A stretch of 32,715 bases of DNA from Cyanobacteria bacterium P01_D01_bin.156. GTDB lineage: Bacteria; Cyanobacteriota; Cyanobacteriia; Phormidesmidales; Phormidesmidaceae. Made by a program: the position numbers and the translations under genes. Numbering within the stretch: the first letter of the stretch is position 1; every line of letters starts with the position of its first letter. Shown here piece after piece: positions 29,163 to 32,715 of this stretch. The notes beneath the pieces were generated by a model. It had not been told where the DNA came from, ran no database searches, and worked only from the letters and a program-made list of their open reading frames with translations. The stretch covers positions 1 to 32,715 of the forward strand of contig JBCCQQ010000067.1 in NCBI GenBank assembly GCA_039024555.1, written 5' to 3'.

Positions 29163-30149
29163 ATGCCCGAGCAGAATGCAAATCCCCCTCGACGGAGCTC
29201 TGAGCAGGGCAAAATAAGGACCTTTCCAAACAAATTGCAACCCCCACCGCCGCCACTGAGGCTACCAGAGTCTGAACAAAAGCTCACCTTACATATTCCA
29301 GAGGCCGTTACCGTTAAGCAGCCCGACCCGACCCGATGGGAAATTTGGAAGCAGGTGTTTTGGAGCTTGGTCAGCGTCATTGGTGTTCCCCTAGCACTGC
29401 TGTTAGTTAGTCATGAAATTGAGCAGGCCAACGAAGCTACGGCCCAAAATACACGGGAAGCAGAATCAATTGATGCCTATGTAGATTCCGTCGGTGAGCT
29501 TTTGCTGAATATCGATATTGAGCAAGCAGACCCATCTAAAATTGAAAGACTGATCCGTTCAAAAACATTGTTGGTGACGAGACAAATTAATCCCAATCGG
29601 AAAGGACAGGTGGTTCGCTTCCTTTACGATCAGGAACTGATTTTTTCTGAACAAGAGGTGCAAAGACGACAACAGGAAATTACTAACGCACAATCTCTTC
29701 AGCAGACAACAGAACGATTAGAGGAAGTGCCACCGCAAGAACTTGCTGAAAGTCAATCTCCTCAAAAAACAACAGAAGAGATAGAGGACACGTTTCATCA
29801 AGTCAATCTAGGTGGTTTAGACCTTGTTGGTGTTAATCTAAACTCAGCTTTTATCCCTGGCATCAACCTGGCAAATACCACGATGCAAAAGGCTAATCTG
29901 AGCAATACAAACCTAGTGCGTGCCGATTTTACGGGTGCTGACTTGAATCGTGCTGACTTGAGTGGTGCCGATTTAAGCAGTGCGACTTTAGATGGCTCTA
30001 ATCTTGCAAATGCAGTATTTACAGATGACACCACATCTCAAGCAGTCTGTGAAAAATATTCACTGCTAAAAGAGGGAGAATCCACCTGCCCTACTATTTT
30101 TCCCGATGGCTTTGACCCATCAACTCAAACCATGGTGTTACTTCAATAG
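29163..30149 (+). CDS. Membrane-anchored pentapeptide-repeat protein
   Basis: One TM segment (VFWSLVSVIGVPLALLLV) and C-terminal A(D/N)Lxx repeats (ANLSN TNLVR ADFTG ADLNR ADLSG ADLSS). Confidence 0.88.
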   Translation: MPEQNANPPRRSSEQGKIRTFPNKLQPPPPPLRLPESEQKLTLHIPEAVTVKQPDPTRWEIWKQVFWSLVSVIGVPLALLLVSHEIEQANEATAQNTREAESIDAYVDSVGELLLNIDIEQADPSKIERLIRSKTLLVTRQINPNRKGQVVRFLYDQELIFSEQEVQRRQQEITNAQSLQQTTERLEEVPPQELAESQSPQKTTEEIEDTFHQVNLGGLDLVGVNLNSAFIPGINLANTTMQKANLSNTNLVRADFTGADLNRADLSGADLSSATLDGSNLANAVFTDDTTSQAVCEKYSLLKEGESTCPTIFPDGFDPSTQTMVLLQ

Positions 30150-30236
30150 TTAATATTGATTGGCTCAGGGAAGAAAAAGCTTGGAGTATCTTCTCCATAA
30201 GGCATCCAGCTGTTTGAAAAATCTTTTCAGGAGTAG

Positions 30237-30266
30237 TTGACGCTTCTAAAGCAGGTAGGCTAGTAT
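30237..30266 (+). promoter_or_regulatory. Putative sigma70-type promoter for the leuA leader
   Basis: TTGACG, 18-nt spacer, TAGTAT, ending 35 nt before the leader ATG. Confidence 0.55.
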
Positions 30267-30301
30267 TGCCTCATTGAGTTTAATCACAAACTTTCGTTGT
30301 C

Positions 30302-30388
30302 ATGAACGCCACTAAGCAGCTACCGCTACAGAGTCTTACTAGCCTTTTGGGGCTAGGGCTACTGCTGCGCTTGGCGCATACTAATTAG
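30302..30388 (+). CDS. Putative leucine-rich leader peptide (28 aa): MNATKQLPLQSLTSLLGLGLLLRLAHTN
   Basis: Translated by hand. 10 of 28 codons are Leu, four of them CTA; it lies upstream of leuA on the same strand. Confidence 0.66.
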   Translation: MNATKQLPLQSLTSLLGLGLLLRLAHTN

Positions 30389-30752
30389 ATTTTCACCAAC
30401 CCAATAGTTCCAGCAGGTTTGTTTCATACTGCTCAATAGTCCATGCCTCCAAAGGGTTTATGGTGCTTGCGAATACATTTATGGCCTAAACAATGTCTTC
30501 CAAGACTCTTTTGGATGGATGACGTGTTTTGACGATAGTTGATGCTTATTGTTTTTGGTGCCTTGCCTGCTTTAGAGTCTTCCATTGCATACTAAACGCC
30601 CGTTCGAGAAGGACGCTTGGTGATAATTCTCCTTGCCAGAATGTGCCAATAGTTTGATCTTCTCATCGTCTGTGTTTATCGAAAAAATCACTCTCTCAGG
30701 GTGATGGTTCATAGTATTTCTGACAGTCAACAATACCTTTAGGAAAAATATC

Positions 30753-32456
30753 ATGTTGAAGAATCCTGCTCAAAAATATCGTCCATTTCAGCCCATTAAC
30801 TTGCCAGATCGCACCTGGCCCAGCCGCACCATAACCCGGCCCCCTGTGTGGTTGAGCACCGATCTGCGGGATGGTAACCAAGCCCTGGCCCAGCCCATGC
30901 CCATTGACCAAAAGCTGCGGTTCTTTAAGCTGTTGCTGCAGATTGGCTTTAAAGAAATTGAGGTGGGTTTTCCATCCGCATCTGCAACAGAATTTGAGTT
31001 TGTACGACGGCTGATCGAAGAGAACCATATTCCGGAAGATGTCACCATTCAGGTGCTTACCCAGGCAAGAGAGTCTCTAATTCATCGCACATTCGAAGCG
31101 TTAAAAGGGGCAAAACAAGCAATTGTCCATGTTTACAATGCTACGGCACCGATTTTTCGGCGGGTGGTGTTTGGTAACAGCAAGCCTAAAACTATCGAAT
31201 TAGCCGTATCAGCAGCTACTCTGATTCGTCAGCTGGCACAGCAGCAACCAGAAACAGCCTGGCGATTTCAGTACTCTCCTGAAGTCTTTACCTCCACTGA
31301 ACTCTCCTTTGCCCGAGATATTTGTAATGCAGTTTTGGCCGCATGGCAGCCTACTCCCGATGCAAAGGCCATTATTAACCTGCCTGCCAGCGTGGAGGTG
31401 GCCACTCCTAATATATTTGCTGACCAGGTGGAATGGATGCACCGCCATTTGGACTATCGGGATGCGGTCGCCCTAAGCGTTCATCCCCATAACGATCGCG
31501 GCTGTAGTGTGGCAGCGGCGGAGCTGGCTCAAATGGCGGGAGCCGATCGTGTGGAGGGTTGTTTGTTTGGCAATGGAGAGCGGACGGGTAATGTGGATTT
31601 GGTGATTCTGGGGATGAATCTCTACACCCAGGGCATCCATCCGGGGCTGGACTTTTCTCAAATTGACCAGGTGGCGGAACTGGTGAAACACTGCACCCAG
31701 CTGCCTATTCATCCTCGTCATCCCTATGTAGGTGAACTGGTGTTTACAGCGTTTTCCGGCTCTCACCAGGATGCTATCAAAAAAGGTTTTGCCCAGCGGC
31801 AACCCCTGGACCCATGGGAGATTCCTTATCTACCGATGGACCCTGCTGATGTGGGCCGCTCCTATGAGGCAATTGTGCGGGTGAACAGTCAGTCTGGTAA
31901 AGGGGGAATCGCCTTCTTGTTAGAGCGAGACTATGGTGTTGTACTGCCTAAGCGACTGCAGGTGGAATTTAGCCAGGTGGTGCAACAGGTGATGGACCAG
32001 ACCGGCAAAGAAATTTCATCGGCAACAATCTGGCAGCTATTCCAGCAAACCTACAGCCTAGCGTCGGGGCCACTGGTGTATGAATCTCACCATTTAGAGA
32101 CAACGGGAGACCATAATCAGCTACAGCTCTGGCTACAACAAAATGGGAAACCAAGATGCTTCCAGGCTTCTGGAAATGGTCCCATTGATGCGTTAGTGAC
32201 GGCTCTACGACAGGGGGACATTCACCTGGAAATTGCAGATTATGAGGAACGTGCCCTCAATGCAGGCAGTGGCGCAGATGCGATCGCAATCGTTGCTGTC
32301 ACAACACCCTCTACGGAGCATCGATACTACGGTGTGGGTACCCACAGTAATATTACAACGGCATCGATTTTGGCGGTGATGCATGGTTTAAATCGATTAC
32401 TCACTGCAAACAAAGCGGCTGAAGACGTTCAACAGCCGATTATCTCCTGTGGTTAG
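30753..32456 (+). CDS. leuA: 2-isopropylmalate synthase, type 2 (yeast/actinobacterial/proteobacterial-like)
   Basis: LPDRTWP, STDLRDGNQAL, FQYSPE, SVHPHNDRG, GNGERTGNVDL, FSGSHQDAIKKG and RVNSQSGKGG motifs, plus the C-terminal GNGPIDA regulatory domain. AGGA SD. Confidence 0.95.
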   Translation: MLKNPAQKYRPFQPINLPDRTWPSRTITRPPVWLSTDLRDGNQALAQPMPIDQKLRFFKLLLQIGFKEIEVGFPSASATEFEFVRRLIEENHIPEDVTIQVLTQARESLIHRTFEALKGAKQAIVHVYNATAPIFRRVVFGNSKPKTIELAVSAATLIRQLAQQQPETAWRFQYSPEVFTSTELSFARDICNAVLAAWQPTPDAKAIINLPASVEVATPNIFADQVEWMHRHLDYRDAVALSVHPHNDRGCSVAAAELAQMAGADRVEGCLFGNGERTGNVDLVILGMNLYTQGIHPGLDFSQIDQVAELVKHCTQLPIHPRHPYVGELVFTAFSGSHQDAIKKGFAQRQPLDPWEIPYLPMDPADVGRSYEAIVRVNSQSGKGGIAFLLERDYGVVLPKRLQVEFSQVVQQVMDQTGKEISSATIWQLFQQTYSLASGPLVYESHHLETTGDHNQLQLWLQQNGKPRCFQASGNGPIDALVTALRQGDIHLEIADYEERALNAGSGADAIAIVAVTTPSTEHRYYGVGTHSNITTASILAVMHGLNRLLTANKAAEDVQQPIISCG

Positions 32457-32599
32457 TCAATAGCCGTAGGGTAGGCAGTCTCTACTAATACCTTCGAAAG
32501 GTTTCAGTTCCCAAGTGTGGAGACTGTCCTGATGGCATTGTCGCCAACGTAAGGGAAGTGCGTGAAAATAAGATACCTTAATAAGGCTTGGCGATACCT

Positions 32600-32701
32600 G
32601 GTTCCCCTTGGCAAGGGGAACCGTCAGGGAGGGGTCTGGAAAACTAGCGCAAATGGCCGAAGACCCCTCCGCCTAAGGCACCTCCCCTTGTTAAGGGGAG
32701 G
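32600..32701. repeat. Pair of cyanobacterial REP-like palindromic elements in inverted orientation
   Basis: GGTTCCCCTTG-G-CAAGGGGAACC, then GAGGGGTC...GACCCCTC, then CCTCCCCTTG-T-TAAGGGGAGG. Confidence 0.7.
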
Positions 32702-32715
32702 ACGTTGCTTAATAA

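Larger units (their letters stand above)
8081..32287. repeat. Dispersed HIP1 octamers (GCGATCGC)
   Basis: Seen at 8081, 10258, 11911, 12622, 13730, 16594, 17558, 21810, 25186, 26250, 27843, 28412 and 32280 (manual scan, may be incomplete). Confidence 0.9.

Noticed and set aside
30572..30754. 60-aa minus-strand ORF in the leuA leader
   Set aside because: No motif or SD support, and it overlaps the leuA translation start region.

Overview
This window is from the chromosome of a filamentous cyanobacterium (13 HIP1 GCGATCGC sites seen). The AT-rich left end holds a two-partner secretion locus: tpsB, one intact filamentous-haemagglutinin-like tpsA, and a second tpsA paralogue cut by an IS5-type insertion. 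Next come a GNAT acetyltransferase, a copper chaperone plus Cu-ATPase behind a MerR-type promoter, SnoaL and DM13 proteins, a MocR regulator with a divergent small gene, a glycosyltransferase, DUF202, ilvE and a metallophosphoesterase. The right half has aas-ylqD-pdhC, 5-oxoprolinase, rph, an MFS transporter, a pentapeptide-repeat protein and a type-2 leuA. The best candidate for an undescribed system lies between aas and ylqD (about 18.96-20.72 kb). It is an array of small double-glycine-leader peptide genes, three intact and one decayed, with divergent cores that share the motif [FY]C-x-x-TK-x-x-M. The units carry covarying 5'-UTR hairpins and terminators, and they sit in two tandem blocks separated by a duplicated 5' end of ylqD. 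The second candidate is a 28-codon Leu-rich (CTA-rich) leader ORF upstream of leuA, which suggests leucine-sensing attenuation. All product calls come from motif recognition only; no database search was run.
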